64,000 bases of DNA from a virus, in the IMG/VR virus record IMGVR_UViG_3300032893_000004, positions 32,001-96,000 of that record; one strand, given 5' to 3'. Position numbers and translations under genes: made by a program. Position 1 is the first letter of the stretch. Each line of letters opens with the position of its first letter. Below, one piece after another: positions 47,494-57,336 of the stretch. The notes beneath the pieces were generated by a model. That model was not told where the DNA came from. It did not search any database and saw nothing but the letters and a program-made list of their open reading frames with translations.

Positions 47494-49734
47494 TCAATAC
47501 GTTTTTAAGACCTGCTGGCCTAAGCGAAGCTCAGGAGGATGGAAGCGTATGCCGACATCTTTGGCCGTCAGAGCCGTACCTAGCTTGGACAAACGATTCC
47601 AATCGGCCTCATCTATCGCTACGTAAGGTTTGGCGTTCGTCTTAGGTCCTATCTGACTGAGGGCCACTCTCATGTGGTCGAGCTTCTTAGGCATGCCGTA
47701 GACCATCAAAACGTGCTCTTCTCGCCCGTCGATGCCTCTTAACTTGTGCGGGACATATGTCATCTTATCGTCCACTATCGGCTGATGGAGAGCATACTGT
47801 TCGAGTTGCGACCGAATGCTGTCATGGTTCAACGTCGAGGAATTGCCAAAGTCCTTGACCTTCATGCTGAATCGAGACCCATCTTTACGAGTCGTTTTCC
47901 CGCCAATCGTTACCGGATAGACTAAGTCCAGAGTAGGTGCCGGGGCGATCGTAGCTTCTGCTTTGTTGAACGCTTCGTATCCTTCAACCTCCGCCAATAC
48001 CGAGTTGGCGTCGATCTTGCGATTACGAGATATCAGACCACCTTCGCTGCCGCTCTTGATAAATGACACCATCGCACCGCAATACTTAGAGAATCGAACT
48101 TCCCTTGCGTCGCAGTCTTCGAGAATCTTGGCCAGCCACTTCGGTACGCCGGTTTCCTCTTTCACTTCGACTATGACGTAGTCGTCTTTTCGGATGCTAA
48201 GATGCCGTTTCTTGAAATCTTTCCAGTAGGACGAGTCTTTGATCATCTGCATCGACTCTGGAGATAACTGCTTAGCGTCAGAATAGCGAATGGAATCATC
48301 GATGGTTACTCTAAGCTTTTCGCTTGAGTAAGCTCGTCGCTGGTAGGTGACGACGATCTGCTTTCGGAATCCATATTTTTCTATGATCGTATTGATAGAA
48401 ACGACCCGCTTCCACAAGATATCCTTAGGGATGTCGACGTTCAACTTTTCCAGATCTTCATCGATGCGAACTAGCTCGCCGTTCGATATTGCGTCTATCG
48501 ATTCCGCTCTGATACGGATACGGATCTTCTTCGTTTGATCGTCCTTAGTCTTAAGCTTCAGTTCTAGGTACGCAACATCTTCCCAATGTTCACCGTTCGG
48601 CGAATATTGTCGTATCCGCACCTTGAAGCGAGGCTTTCTTCGCTCCATGTTATCGCGCATCGCGTCCAGGTCCGGATTGTCGAGGTAGATCGTCTTGTTG
48701 ACATTGAAACGAACGGAAGTATCCGGATCTCCGTCAGGCAACGAACTCTTGATACCGCTCAAAAGCTTGTCGAGGTTCTCAGATGGCATGAAGTGCTTCG
48801 TCTCTACGCGATTCATCAAAGCACTCGTATCCTCGTTGTGGATGATCTCGACTTTCTTCAGCGGTTTGACCGGGCCGAGGTAACTGTCCGCGAACGCGGC
48901 GCCGGCGCGAGTCATGTCTGGAGAACGAATCAGCTTCTTGCCTGATATCTTCTGGGCGTGGTCAACTAGCGCCGATCCGTTTCCTTGCCGTTGATGCAGC
49001 TTGTTAACTTCAAAGTTGAACGGCATGATCCCGTTCGGCTTATGAGTCATAGCTACGAATCCGATCTGCTTGCCGCCTTTGTGCATGCGTACGATGAAGT
49101 CGTGCTTGCGCGGATCGAACACCGACTTGTCGACCGCGAACGGCTCGACGGTGATGCGGCTGCGCACCTTTTCGATCGCTTGACAGACGCCGCTGATCGG
49201 CTCTTCCTGGCCGCAAACGATGCAGCGTGGATGCCCGTTTGGAAAGGTCCACTTGGCCGATTTGAAATCGTGAGAGCGGTGAGCTTCCGGTTTCTTTTTA
49301 TTCTCTCGTATCTTTTCGGTCTCAGCCTCGTACGATATCTGAGACTTCTTCAGACTCAGGCCCATCCAGTCTATTAGAATATTTCGCTTACCCGGCACGT
49401 GCATGTTGGAGTGCGTCGTCGGGTCCAGGAACTTGAACGTCACGAACTCGTGATCGGGATCTGACGTCGGATCGATATCGGCGTGGTCATGATGATCTGC
49501 CGCGTGCAGGACGACGTGATTATCTCCGTAGATCTTTTCGTGAATCTTATCTATCTTAACGCCCTTGATACCTGTCTCTTCTTCCAATTCGCGATTGGCT
49601 GCTTCTTGGTCCAATTCGCCAGGCTTGACATGACCGCCTGGGAGAGCCCACTTGTGATTATCTCGACGAAGCCCATGCAGGAACAGGTTTGGCTCGGAAG
49701 GATGTCTGATGGCTATGCAGACTACCTTCTTCAT
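47494..49734 (-). CDS. polyvalent protein: Nudix + small Zn module + GNAT + VTC/CYTH + possible degenerate 2H domain
   Basis: PGGHVKPGELDQEAANRELEEETG (Nudix box); VNKLHQRQGNGSALV (GNAT motif A); RVETKH, IYLDN, KVRIRQY, LELK, YQRRAY, LRVTID, IVEVK, FSKY (VTC). Confidence 0.85.
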   Translation of the reverse strand: MKKVVCIAIRHPSEPNLFLHGLRRDNHKWALPGGHVKPGELDQEAANRELEEETGIKGVKIDKIHEKIYGDNHVVLHAADHHDHADIDPTSDPDHEFVTFKFLDPTTHSNMHVPGKRNILIDWMGLSLKKSQISYEAETEKIRENKKKPEAHRSHDFKSAKWTFPNGHPRCIVCGQEEPISGVCQAIEKVRSRITVEPFAVDKSVFDPRKHDFIVRMHKGGKQIGFVAMTHKPNGIMPFNFEVNKLHQRQGNGSALVDHAQKISGKKLIRSPDMTRAGAAFADSYLGPVKPLKKVEIIHNEDTSALMNRVETKHFMPSENLDKLLSGIKSSLPDGDPDTSVRFNVNKTIYLDNPDLDAMRDNMERRKPRFKVRIRQYSPNGEHWEDVAYLELKLKTKDDQTKKIRIRIRAESIDAISNGELVRIDEDLEKLNVDIPKDILWKRVVSINTIIEKYGFRKQIVVTYQRRAYSSEKLRVTIDDSIRYSDAKQLSPESMQMIKDSSYWKDFKKRHLSIRKDDYVIVEVKEETGVPKWLAKILEDCDAREVRFSKYCGAMVSFIKSGSEGGLISRNRKIDANSVLAEVEGYEAFNKAEATIAPAPTLDLVYPVTIGGKTTRKDGSRFSMKVKDFGNSSTLNHDSIRSQLEQYALHQPIVDDKMTYVPHKLRGIDGREEHVLMVYGMPKKLDHMRVALSQIGPKTNAKPYVAIDEADWNRLSKLGTALTAKDVGIRFHPPELRLGQQVLKTY

Positions 49735-50747
49735 TCTTCATCCTCCGACAGCGGATCCGGTCTCTTAGGTGGCTGCGGTTTCTTGGCTGGCTCGTCTCCC
49801 TGCATCTGCCATCCTTGAGCTTCCGCGTATTTCAAGTACGCTGCAGGTGTCTTTGGGCCGTTCAAAACATACGTGTCGACCTTGAAACCCTGCAGCTTCG
49901 GGGCCGCGTACTTGATGAAGTTTGCTTCCACCTGCCCCGTGAACGTCATCATGCAAGAGTATACCATCTCCGTACCGTTGAAGTGCGGGTTGATGTCGAT
50001 GGAACCGACGTTGAATGTAGACAGGGCCACGCCGCGCCGTTCGATGTAAGCTTCCTTGTAACGCAGAAATATGTACTGGATCAGTTGTCGCATCCAGATA
50101 GCTTGGTTCATGTCCGACTCGGTGTGCATTCCGATCGCGAACGTCTCCTCAAGCCACGTTCTTTCCTTCGACAGATTCCAGAGCGCTGTCGGCGGAGCGA
50201 TGTATGCCTGAGTAAAATCGTCGACCGTTCCTTCCGCGATCGTGAACGTCGACTGGCCGGAAACCGTATTGATGACGTACGCCTTTCCTGACACTTTGGA
50301 TACTAGAAACTGACCGACGAACATCCTGCTGGTCGTAAGGTTCGACGGTAACGTTAAGGTACCGGTCGACGGATCGTACGCAACGGCAGTGAACGGTCCG
50401 TACATCTGCTGAGGCAGAGCTGTTATGTTATGAGGTACGATCTCGGAATCGTCAAGACCATCGCCCAGCTCGTCTCGCTCGGTCATCTCTCTGGAGGATA
50501 GCCTCACGACCGATATGCACGGAAAACGCGGCGTATCCACGCGATTAGTGAGGTACACGTCGATGTTGTTGCCTAGGAACCACTCCTTAGCGCGCATGAC
50601 TTCTTTCCACCCGTAATCCATCTTGGCAAGCGGGTCGAGCGCTAGATCGGCATAGATATCATCCAAGATCCAGTTATTCTTCCGCAGATCAGCGAGAGCG
50701 CCTTCGATCATCGTTTTAAGCAGAATGTCTGTTGCCTGTACGCCCAT
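49731..50747 (-). CDS. tail completion/terminator-like protein
   Basis: FPCISV motif; position between neck genes and sheath. Confidence 0.55.
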   Translation of the reverse strand: MGVQATDILLKTMIEGALADLRKNNWILDDIYADLALDPLAKMDYGWKEVMRAKEWFLGNNIDVYLTNRVDTPRFPCISVVRLSSREMTERDELGDGLDDSEIVPHNITALPQQMYGPFTAVAYDPSTGTLTLPSNLTTSRMFVGQFLVSKVSGKAYVINTVSGQSTFTIAEGTVDDFTQAYIAPPTALWNLSKERTWLEETFAIGMHTESDMNQAIWMRQLIQYIFLRYKEAYIERRGVALSTFNVGSIDINPHFNGTEMVYSCMMTFTGQVEANFIKYAAPKLQGFKVDTYVLNGPKTPAAYLKYAEAQGWQMQGDEPAKKPQPPKRPDPLSEDEE

Positions 50748-50748
50748 G

Positions 50749-51690
50749 TTACTCCGTCGACAGCTGGCGCTCTATACCAGGGACGATCACGTCGCGCCAT
50801 TGTCTCTCAGCGTGTTCGTAGGCCGACTGAAAGAAGTTGGCAGCTTCCACTGCAGGGTACATCCAACGGTTCTCTGCCTTGTGCTTCGAAGAAATCGTCC
50901 GGAACACAACTGTTTCTTTCTTAACTTTCTTTCCAACTTTGCGCTGGACCTGTACAGCGCCTTGTAGCTTGAAAATGCCAGCGTGCGGTGGTAGAGGTCT
51001 CATGCCACCGGCTCCGGTCTTAGCCGAATCCTCCGAACTGCGAGGGTTGGAGTAGAGCACGCCGGGCGCGAAGCCTGTAGCTTCTGCGGCGCGGATGTCG
51101 AGTTTCCGTATGATTCCTATCTTGGCTGTACCGTCGGAGTTCTTCTCGATGACAGTAGGTGATATGTTGTTCGCTTTCAGGTGAGCGAGCACGATGTTGG
51201 CTAGAATAGGATTAGCGCCTGGAGCCGGCTTCCTTCCTTCCGTCTCTTTGAAAGGAATAGCCCGATAGAGAGATCCGTCCTTCGCACGCTTGACGCCCTT
51301 GGCGCCCGGCTTTAAGAGCCAGTCACCCATGAACATTTCTTGTCGACCTTCTTCGAGCCAGCGGGCTCTCTCGTCCAATTCTACCATCCAGATACCGTCG
51401 GCGATCTTGATCCAGCGAAGATTCTTGACTGTTTGATCGATGCGCGGATCCTTCGAAGATACCCCGTGCGCACCTTTCCCTTCTTTGCCGATACCTAGAT
51501 AGTGCTCTCGCTTGAAGTTGGAATTAGCCCACTTCGTGTTCGCCTGATTGATGATATACGCGTGCGTCGCTATCGAGAGAGTTTCGACTGCTTGAACCAC
51601 GAGAGGTTCTACCTGGGAACGGGTCTTCTCAAGCTGCTCTGCTACGGCGGAGACATCTACCTTGAATCGGAATGCGGCGACGTTGTTCAT
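50749..51690 (-). CDS. neck/tail-completion protein (HK97 gp10-like)
   Basis: ARWLEEG, FRTIS, WMYPAVEAANFF pattern. Confidence 0.55.
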   Translation of the reverse strand: MNNVAAFRFKVDVSAVAEQLEKTRSQVEPLVVQAVETLSIATHAYIINQANTKWANSNFKREHYLGIGKEGKGAHGVSSKDPRIDQTVKNLRWIKIADGIWMVELDERARWLEEGRQEMFMGDWLLKPGAKGVKRAKDGSLYRAIPFKETEGRKPAPGANPILANIVLAHLKANNISPTVIEKNSDGTAKIGIIRKLDIRAAEATGFAPGVLYSNPRSSEDSAKTGAGGMRPLPPHAGIFKLQGAVQVQRKVGKKVKKETVVFRTISSKHKAENRWMYPAVEAANFFQSAYEHAERQWRDVIVPGIERQLSTE

Positions 51691-52901
51691 CCATTAGCCC
51701 CTTCCGACGCCTTGCCTTCCTTGCCTTCTTCTGCATGAGCATTGTGCGAATCGACGGAGATCGGATTGCCTTTCCCATCCTTCACCTGGCCAGCGATCAT
51801 GCCGCGCCACTTCGCTTTACCATCGACGATGACCTTCTTCTTGCGGTTTCGCACCGTTCCGGGAGGAAGTGTCAAGCGTAGGGCCTTGTTCAGATCCTCG
51901 GTCATATCGGAAATTTCCGTCTTTACAACCGACGATTTCTTGGATTTGGCGACATCGACCAGCTTCTGGACGAGAGCGATGACCTTCTTGAACGCTTCCG
52001 GATTTTTCTCGTGAAGCTTCATAAGTTCAGGCATCTTTTCCTGCACGGACGTGAGGAGCTTGCCCAGCTTCTCGTTCGTTGCGTCGGAATCGCTGTCGTC
52101 TGAATCATCATCCGAATCGGAATCTTTGTCCTTTTTCTTAGACTTAGAATCCTCTTCGGAATCCGAATCTTCTTTCTTCTGCTTCGTTTCGGTCTTGGGT
52201 TTGTCCGTCTTCTTTTCTCCGGACATAGCCTCAAGCAAGCTGCCGGGCGGATTCTGTTCTTTTTGTTCTTGCTCCTGCTGCGCCTGCTGTTGCTGCTGAA
52301 GTTCGTTGGTCGGGCCCATGAGCATCTGCACGGTGGCGTTGACCATCTGAGCTTCCGACTGCATCTGCTGGTCAGCCGTGAGAGCCGGGACCACTTTTCC
52401 AACCGAGAACTTGTACGCGTCCGGGGCGGGCGATCCGGGATGATTCTCTTGGTCCGTACCGTTGATGTTCGGCTGGGGCTGAAACAGATCTGCTTCGAGC
52501 TGAAGAGTCTTGTTGAGCGAGCTGTACGACTCATCTTTCGGATCGTACAGTTCGATCTGGTTCGTAAACGTAGCTTTCTGGGCTGCAACGGACGCTTCTT
52601 TCAGATCCATGCCCATGCCAACCGCCATCAGCGATCCGAATACCTCTCGGTATCCAGCTACGATGAGAGGAAGTTCTTCAGCAATGGTGACCGGAAGCTC
52701 GATGATCTGGCGATCGTAGATCGATAATTTGACCGATCCGCCCTTGTCGCTGATAAGCTTGCTGATTTTTTCGCTTATGGCCTTGAGATGATAGTCTAAG
52801 TCCTTAGCTTCGGCGAAGTAGCCAGAATCGACAAGATCTCTGATCTTGTCGGCAACCGAATCGGTAGCTATCATGACCCACACACTAGTTTGGGTGCTCA
52901 T
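51687..52901 (-). CDS. putative virion protein with degenerate mCpol/GGDEF-like N-terminal domain
   Basis: Secondary-structure pattern and MAVGMG.DLKEA..A motif; acidic/Gln-rich linker. Confidence 0.55.
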   Translation of the reverse strand: MSTQTSVWVMIATDSVADKIRDLVDSGYFAEAKDLDYHLKAISEKISKLISDKGGSVKLSIYDRQIIELPVTIAEELPLIVAGYREVFGSLMAVGMGMDLKEASVAAQKATFTNQIELYDPKDESYSSLNKTLQLEADLFQPQPNINGTDQENHPGSPAPDAYKFSVGKVVPALTADQQMQSEAQMVNATVQMLMGPTNELQQQQQAQQEQEQKEQNPPGSLLEAMSGEKKTDKPKTETKQKKEDSDSEEDSKSKKKDKDSDSDDDSDDSDSDATNEKLGKLLTSVQEKMPELMKLHEKNPEAFKKVIALVQKLVDVAKSKKSSVVKTEISDMTEDLNKALRLTLPPGTVRNRKKKVIVDGKAKWRGMIAGQVKDGKGNPISVDSHNAHAEEGKEGKASEGANG

Positions 52902-53563
52902 GTCCGATCACCTTTACGCAAATTATCTTGCCACCACAATGACTGCAGATTAGTATAATGACACGCCTGCATCAATTGATCAAAATCCGTCAAATCAAAA
53001 GAATTCAAAGGCTTTTTATGATCGATATGCCACCCTTTCAGGCTATGATTGCTCCAAGACATCCCCTCTTCAAACTGACGTTCTAGATACAATTTCAGCT
53101 CTTCTACGGTGCATCCAAGTAAGGCAACCGCAGATCCTACCTTGGAATTGTTATTTAAAGCGTTGTTCAGTCTTTTTCGAAGCAAGTATCGAAGCCTAAA
53201 TTGAATGTCGGTTCGCCTTCTCTCTCTCTGACGGTCTGTTTCCTTTTGTCTTAACTCTGGGTGCGTTTTTCCGTACTCCCTCTTATATACCCTAAGATCA
53301 TCTTTATTAAGCGCACTGTATTCTTTTTGGTACGCGGTCACCTGAGCTTCATGTTCCGTTGCATATTTTTTATGCGATATTCTTCTGGCAGATTTGTGGT
53401 TTTCATAATCAGCATGATTCGCTGCGGAAATTTTTGTTTTATTGGCTTCCCTATACGCTTTTCTACAAAACTTACAATTAGAATGTTTTCCGTCACGTTT
53501 AGCAAGACACGTGTCGAAATCAGATAACGGTCTTTCTTGCCCGCATTTTGTACACCGTTTCAT
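52898..53563 (-). CDS. HNH homing endonuclease
   Basis: CTKC...CKFC; LLGCT, GMSWSN, WHIDHKKP, HYTNLQSLW..DN..K; AT-rich. Confidence 0.85.
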   Translation of the reverse strand: MKRCTKCGQERPLSDFDTCLAKRDGKHSNCKFCRKAYREANKTKISAANHADYENHKSARRISHKKYATEHEAQVTAYQKEYSALNKDDLRVYKREYGKTHPELRQKETDRQRERRRTDIQFRLRYLLRKRLNNALNNNSKVGSAVALLGCTVEELKLYLERQFEEGMSWSNHSLKGWHIDHKKPLNSFDLTDFDQLMQACHYTNLQSLWWQDNLRKGDRT

Positions 53564-53578
53564 GATAATTCATCCTAG

Positions 53579-55504
53579 TTAAATGCCGTGATTCTTCTTG
53601 ATCAGCAGTCGGCTCTTCAAAGTGAGCAGGAAGAGTTTGACGATTTCAGGGTCGGCACCCTTCGCGAATTCCATCCCGTAGGAGCCGTCCGACTTTCGAA
53701 GCACCTTCACAAACTTGGAAGGATTACCTTCCTCGTCTTTCTTCATTACCAAGAAACAGGCGCACGGCTGGAACTGCGGATTGCCATCCTGTCCCTTCAC
53801 GAATTCCGGTACACCGCACTGAGAACAGGCGGACTTGTACAGCTGTTCTTCGGTAGCAGTCGATCGCATCGGCTCAGATTTGCCGAGCTTACTGCGGAAA
53901 TAGTCAGACTTGTTCATAGACGGCGGTTTCGGTGCGCCTGGAGTATGCGGCGGCTTGATCTTGCCTTTGCCGGACATCTGGGACTGCTTCGCTGCCTGAG
54001 CCGCCGGATTGTTACCGGGAGCGACCGGAGGCTTCGGCATCTGAGGCGGTTTCGGTGCCATCGGCTGACCGGCGCCTTTTGGCATCTCACCTTTGCCCAT
54101 TTCTTCTTTTTTAATTTTCAATTTGATGGAATCAGCATCGGCTATCTTGTCCGCAACTGCTTGACCCACCGCCGGGTCCATTTGATCCTTATGAACATGC
54201 TTCGGTAGATGATGTCCTTCGGTGGCGCGGTCCCATTCCTTTACTGCCGCTTCGCCGCCGAGAGCCCGTTTGCCTGCCGGACTGTGGCCCCAAGCAGCTT
54301 GAGCTTGGGAAGCCCACGGTTTCGAAAGCATTTCCATCTTTTTGCGAAAATATTCGTGCGCCTGGTTCTTTCCTGGCGATGCCGTTCCGACCGTATCTGT
54401 CCGCTGCTCTGTCGGATTCAGCGTTCCTTTTTTGAAAGGCGTCTCGGGTTCTTGGACAGGCTTATGATTACCTGGACCGAAAGGTTTTTCTTGGTGCGGC
54501 TCGTCAACGCGGGCGGCGCCGACAGGATCGATCTTCGGTTTCGTAGCAGGATCTTGAGTCGAACCAGATTCAATTTTCTTGTCCGACATAGGAGGATCTT
54601 GCTTCTTGAACGGTTTCTCTTCCTGCTGGGACGGAGCTTGTTTTCCAGGCTTGAACGGCGTCTGGGAACGAAGATTGACGGTTTCGTCTGTTCGATCTTC
54701 TCCAGCTTTCACCTTCTGGGGTTTTGTTGCCGGCTCTTCTAGATCTGTCGTATCCTTGCTCTTGTTACGGTCGAGCTGAGCGTACGAATCAGATGGGCGA
54801 ATCGTGGAAGTGTCAGCTCGTTTCCTGGTAGTATCGCTCATCTTCTTTTCCTCTTTGGCAGTTTCGTCAAGTTCAGACTCTAACCGTTCCCTTTGCATCT
54901 GCTTAGCGGTCAGCGCGTCGACGAGTTTGCCGATAACAGCGGTCATCTCCCTCACGTTGGCGTGAGACATGGTCCATTTTATGTTTTCTGGATCTTCTTT
55001 CGTCTGAATATTCGCCATCGAGATCATATGGCGGAGGGATTCGTGCTCCGGTGCCTCAGCTTTCGGCTCGGCTAGCTCAGGCTTCGCCTTGACCTCTTCG
55101 GCGACAAGATCGTCTGCAGTCTTCGGTTTGTCGAATTCGTGATACATCTCGCCTACAGACAACAGGTGGCCGGATGCCGCTGGTAGGGACTGCTTCTCGA
55201 ACTGGTGGATGACGCGTCCGCCTTGAACGAACTCCATGCGGTACTGGTCAGGAGCCTGCTTCTCGATGTGAATCATGATGTCGTCGCGGCCAGGAAACTT
55301 GATATCTTTGATCTCGCCCTGTCTCATCGGATTGATGTTTTGAACGAGCCAAGATAGAATCGTTCTCGGAACAACTATCAACGGAAGATAAAATTCGAGT
55401 GGATCAACGACGGCCTGAGTCCGCTGCTTGTATATGGCCTTTTCGAGAGTTTCATACCCTCGATCGCCAAGAATTGACTTGAGCAGCTTCTGACTGTCGT
55501 TCAT
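53579..55504 (-). CDS. large modular putative head/internal protein
   Basis: Low-complexity centre, repeated x-x-K-S/A/G sites, C-terminal CSQC/CAC. Confidence 0.7.
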   Translation of the reverse strand: MNDSQKLLKSILGDRGYETLEKAIYKQRTQAVVDPLEFYLPLIVVPRTILSWLVQNINPMRQGEIKDIKFPGRDDIMIHIEKQAPDQYRMEFVQGGRVIHQFEKQSLPAASGHLLSVGEMYHEFDKPKTADDLVAEEVKAKPELAEPKAEAPEHESLRHMISMANIQTKEDPENIKWTMSHANVREMTAVIGKLVDALTAKQMQRERLESELDETAKEEKKMSDTTRKRADTSTIRPSDSYAQLDRNKSKDTTDLEEPATKPQKVKAGEDRTDETVNLRSQTPFKPGKQAPSQQEEKPFKKQDPPMSDKKIESGSTQDPATKPKIDPVGAARVDEPHQEKPFGPGNHKPVQEPETPFKKGTLNPTEQRTDTVGTASPGKNQAHEYFRKKMEMLSKPWASQAQAAWGHSPAGKRALGGEAAVKEWDRATEGHHLPKHVHKDQMDPAVGQAVADKIADADSIKLKIKKEEMGKGEMPKGAGQPMAPKPPQMPKPPVAPGNNPAAQAAKQSQMSGKGKIKPPHTPGAPKPPSMNKSDYFRSKLGKSEPMRSTATEEQLYKSACSQCGVPEFVKGQDGNPQFQPCACFLVMKKDEEGNPSKFVKVLRKSDGSYGMEFAKGADPEIVKLFLLTLKSRLLIKKNHGI

Positions 55505-55513
55505 GGACCGTCC

Positions 55514-55915
55514 TTAGTTGTTTGAGCCGCTGTTCGGATTTAGCTGAAGATCGTCCTGTAACCAGTATCCAAAAGTCGTCGCACTGTTCGAGATGATCCA
55601 GTTATTCTGACCCATCGGGATTATCAAGTACGAGTTGGGCGGTACTGCGATACCATTCGACGGATTGGTAGGTGCCGAGACCGTATTGCTGGTTCCGAGG
55701 GCAACGAAAGAAGTCGATGTGGAGTTGTTGTAGACAGCCACAAGAGAACCGAGGTCGACTCCGACCGCCGCGTTCAAGGCGCCGAGATACTGCTGGACAA
55801 CGCCGAAGATAGGGCCCATGATCTTGGCCGCACCGGCGTACTGATTGAACGCGTCCTCGGTAGCCATATCGGCGCCATAGCGATCCTGCGATGGTTTTGA
55901 CCTAATTTTGTTCAT
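55514..55915 (-). CDS. virion structural protein
   Basis: AGGAG RBS, late motif upstream, beta-rich. Confidence 0.65.
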   Translation of the reverse strand: MNKIRSKPSQDRYGADMATEDAFNQYAGAAKIMGPIFGVVQQYLGALNAAVGVDLGSLVAVYNNSTSTSFVALGTSNTVSAPTNPSNGIAVPPNSYLIIPMGQNNWIISNSATTFGYWLQDDLQLNPNSGSNN

Positions 55916-55938
55916 AAACGATCTCCTATGTTGCCCAA

Positions 55939-55947
55939 AAGATTAGG
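55939..55947 (-). promoter_or_regulatory. candidate late promoter CCTAATCTT
   Basis: Exact intergenic motif. Confidence 0.65.
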
Positions 55948-55949
55948 CT

Positions 55950-56882
55950 TCAAAGCATCCCGCCGTCTTTACCGCCGTCATTTGGACCAGTTACGCCGCC
56001 GACAGGCGGAGCATTCTGAAATCTCTGATCGGCTCGGGATCGCATCGGATCGTTGTTCTGGTTGCTCATGACGTTTTCGCGGTAGATCAGCGCCTGAAAC
56101 GGCATCCTCTCGACGTTTCGTTCGAAGGTCATCGGATCGGTGATCTGGCTGATGCGAATCTCATGCATCATGCGGGCGACCACGAAATATGGGGTGTACC
56201 GATACCGAACTGCAAAAACCGTTCCTTTCAAGGTCTTATCGTTCCAGCCGGGTCGATTCTGAGAGATCCAGCGAATCATACCTCCGTTCTCCCCGCGCTC
56301 GTTCGGCACGGTAAGCTCAAAATCCACTCCTTGCGTGTACTCCTTTCCGTCTGCGTCAATCAAGTACTCTACGAACGTGGCCGGATACTGGAGCTTGTCT
56401 AAGCCGGTCGAATTTGCTTCCAGGTATTGGAAGGCAACTACGCGAACTTCGACGTCTTTTAAATAAAAACGGTCGTACGAGGAAATCAGAACGTCTTTTT
56501 CAGGATCGTCCTCGTACTTCATCGGGCACGTCACAACTGCCGCGTCGTGCTTCGTAAGTCCTTCGACCTCGATTTCCCAGTCAGACGTGCTGGCCGAGAA
56601 CCAGATATGCATCGTGCCGGCTTCCTTGTATAGAAAACCGTCGGATGACGAGCGGGCGGCCAGGACGGCGTGGACGTCGCCTATAGAAGACATTCCGGTC
56701 GGATCCGGCAACGCCCGATAATGTACGACGTTGACGCCTTGCCCTTTGATCAAGTTGTCGAACGCTTCTTTGTCGAACGACTGCTGGTAGTGCGCCAGGT
56801 TGAAGATCTGCTGCATGCCGTCAACTGGCTTCGGATCTCGGCGGCGCGGGCCGCCACGACGCTTCGGATTACTTTGCGGCAC
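55950..56882 (-). CDS. neck / head-closure protein
   Basis: FDNLIKGQG..V.HYRA, YDRFYL, YTQGVDF, AVRYRYTPYFVV. Confidence 0.6.
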   Translation of the reverse strand: MPQSNPKRRGGPRRRDPKPVDGMQQIFNLAHYQQSFDKEAFDNLIKGQGVNVVHYRALPDPTGMSSIGDVHAVLAARSSSDGFLYKEAGTMHIWFSASTSDWEIEVEGLTKHDAAVVTCPMKYEDDPEKDVLISSYDRFYLKDVEVRVVAFQYLEANSTGLDKLQYPATFVEYLIDADGKEYTQGVDFELTVPNERGENGGMIRWISQNRPGWNDKTLKGTVFAVRYRYTPYFVVARMMHEIRISQITDPMTFERNVERMPFQALIYRENVMSNQNNDPMRSRADQRFQNAPPVGGVTGPNDGGKDGGML

Positions 56883-57336
56883 GGTATTCCTCGATGAGCG
56901 CAGCTGGCTCTGTTAGGGCGCAAGAACGAACGAGAGTACCTTTTGAGTATTCCGACGGAACGAAGTCTTGGGATTTCATAACCTCGATCCTGGCCGTGTC
57001 CAAGGAGTAGACCATGACGATATCCTCCGGGCCGACCGGCTTGTCGAACGACGGCATGAACATCATCTTGCGGAGCTTCTGAAAATGATCGTCCTGAGAC
57101 TTAGCCAACGATTCAGATTTTTGAAAGTTATCTTCCCAGTTGATCTTTTCTTTCTTGCCGGCGAGAAATCTAGCGATTGCCAGATGCGGCGCCGCCCCGA
57201 TAGAAGCGATGCCTTCCGGCGTCTTTACGAAGAAAGCGTGCAGACCGCCTTTGGTCAAAATATAAACCACCGGCCGGCCGTCCTCGGTCTTGCCAGCTAT
57301 CGCTTTGTCTTCGATCTGATCAGCTGAAATCTTCAT
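56869..57336 (-). CDS. hypothetical virion-associated protein
   Basis: Coupled in late operon; FQKS/LAKS motifs. Confidence 0.65.
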   Translation of the reverse strand: MKISADQIEDKAIAGKTEDGRPVVYILTKGGLHAFFVKTPEGIASIGAAPHLAIARFLAGKKEKINWEDNFQKSESLAKSQDDHFQKLRKMMFMPSFDKPVGPEDIVMVYSLDTARIEVMKSQDFVPSEYSKGTLVRSCALTEPAALIEEYRAAK

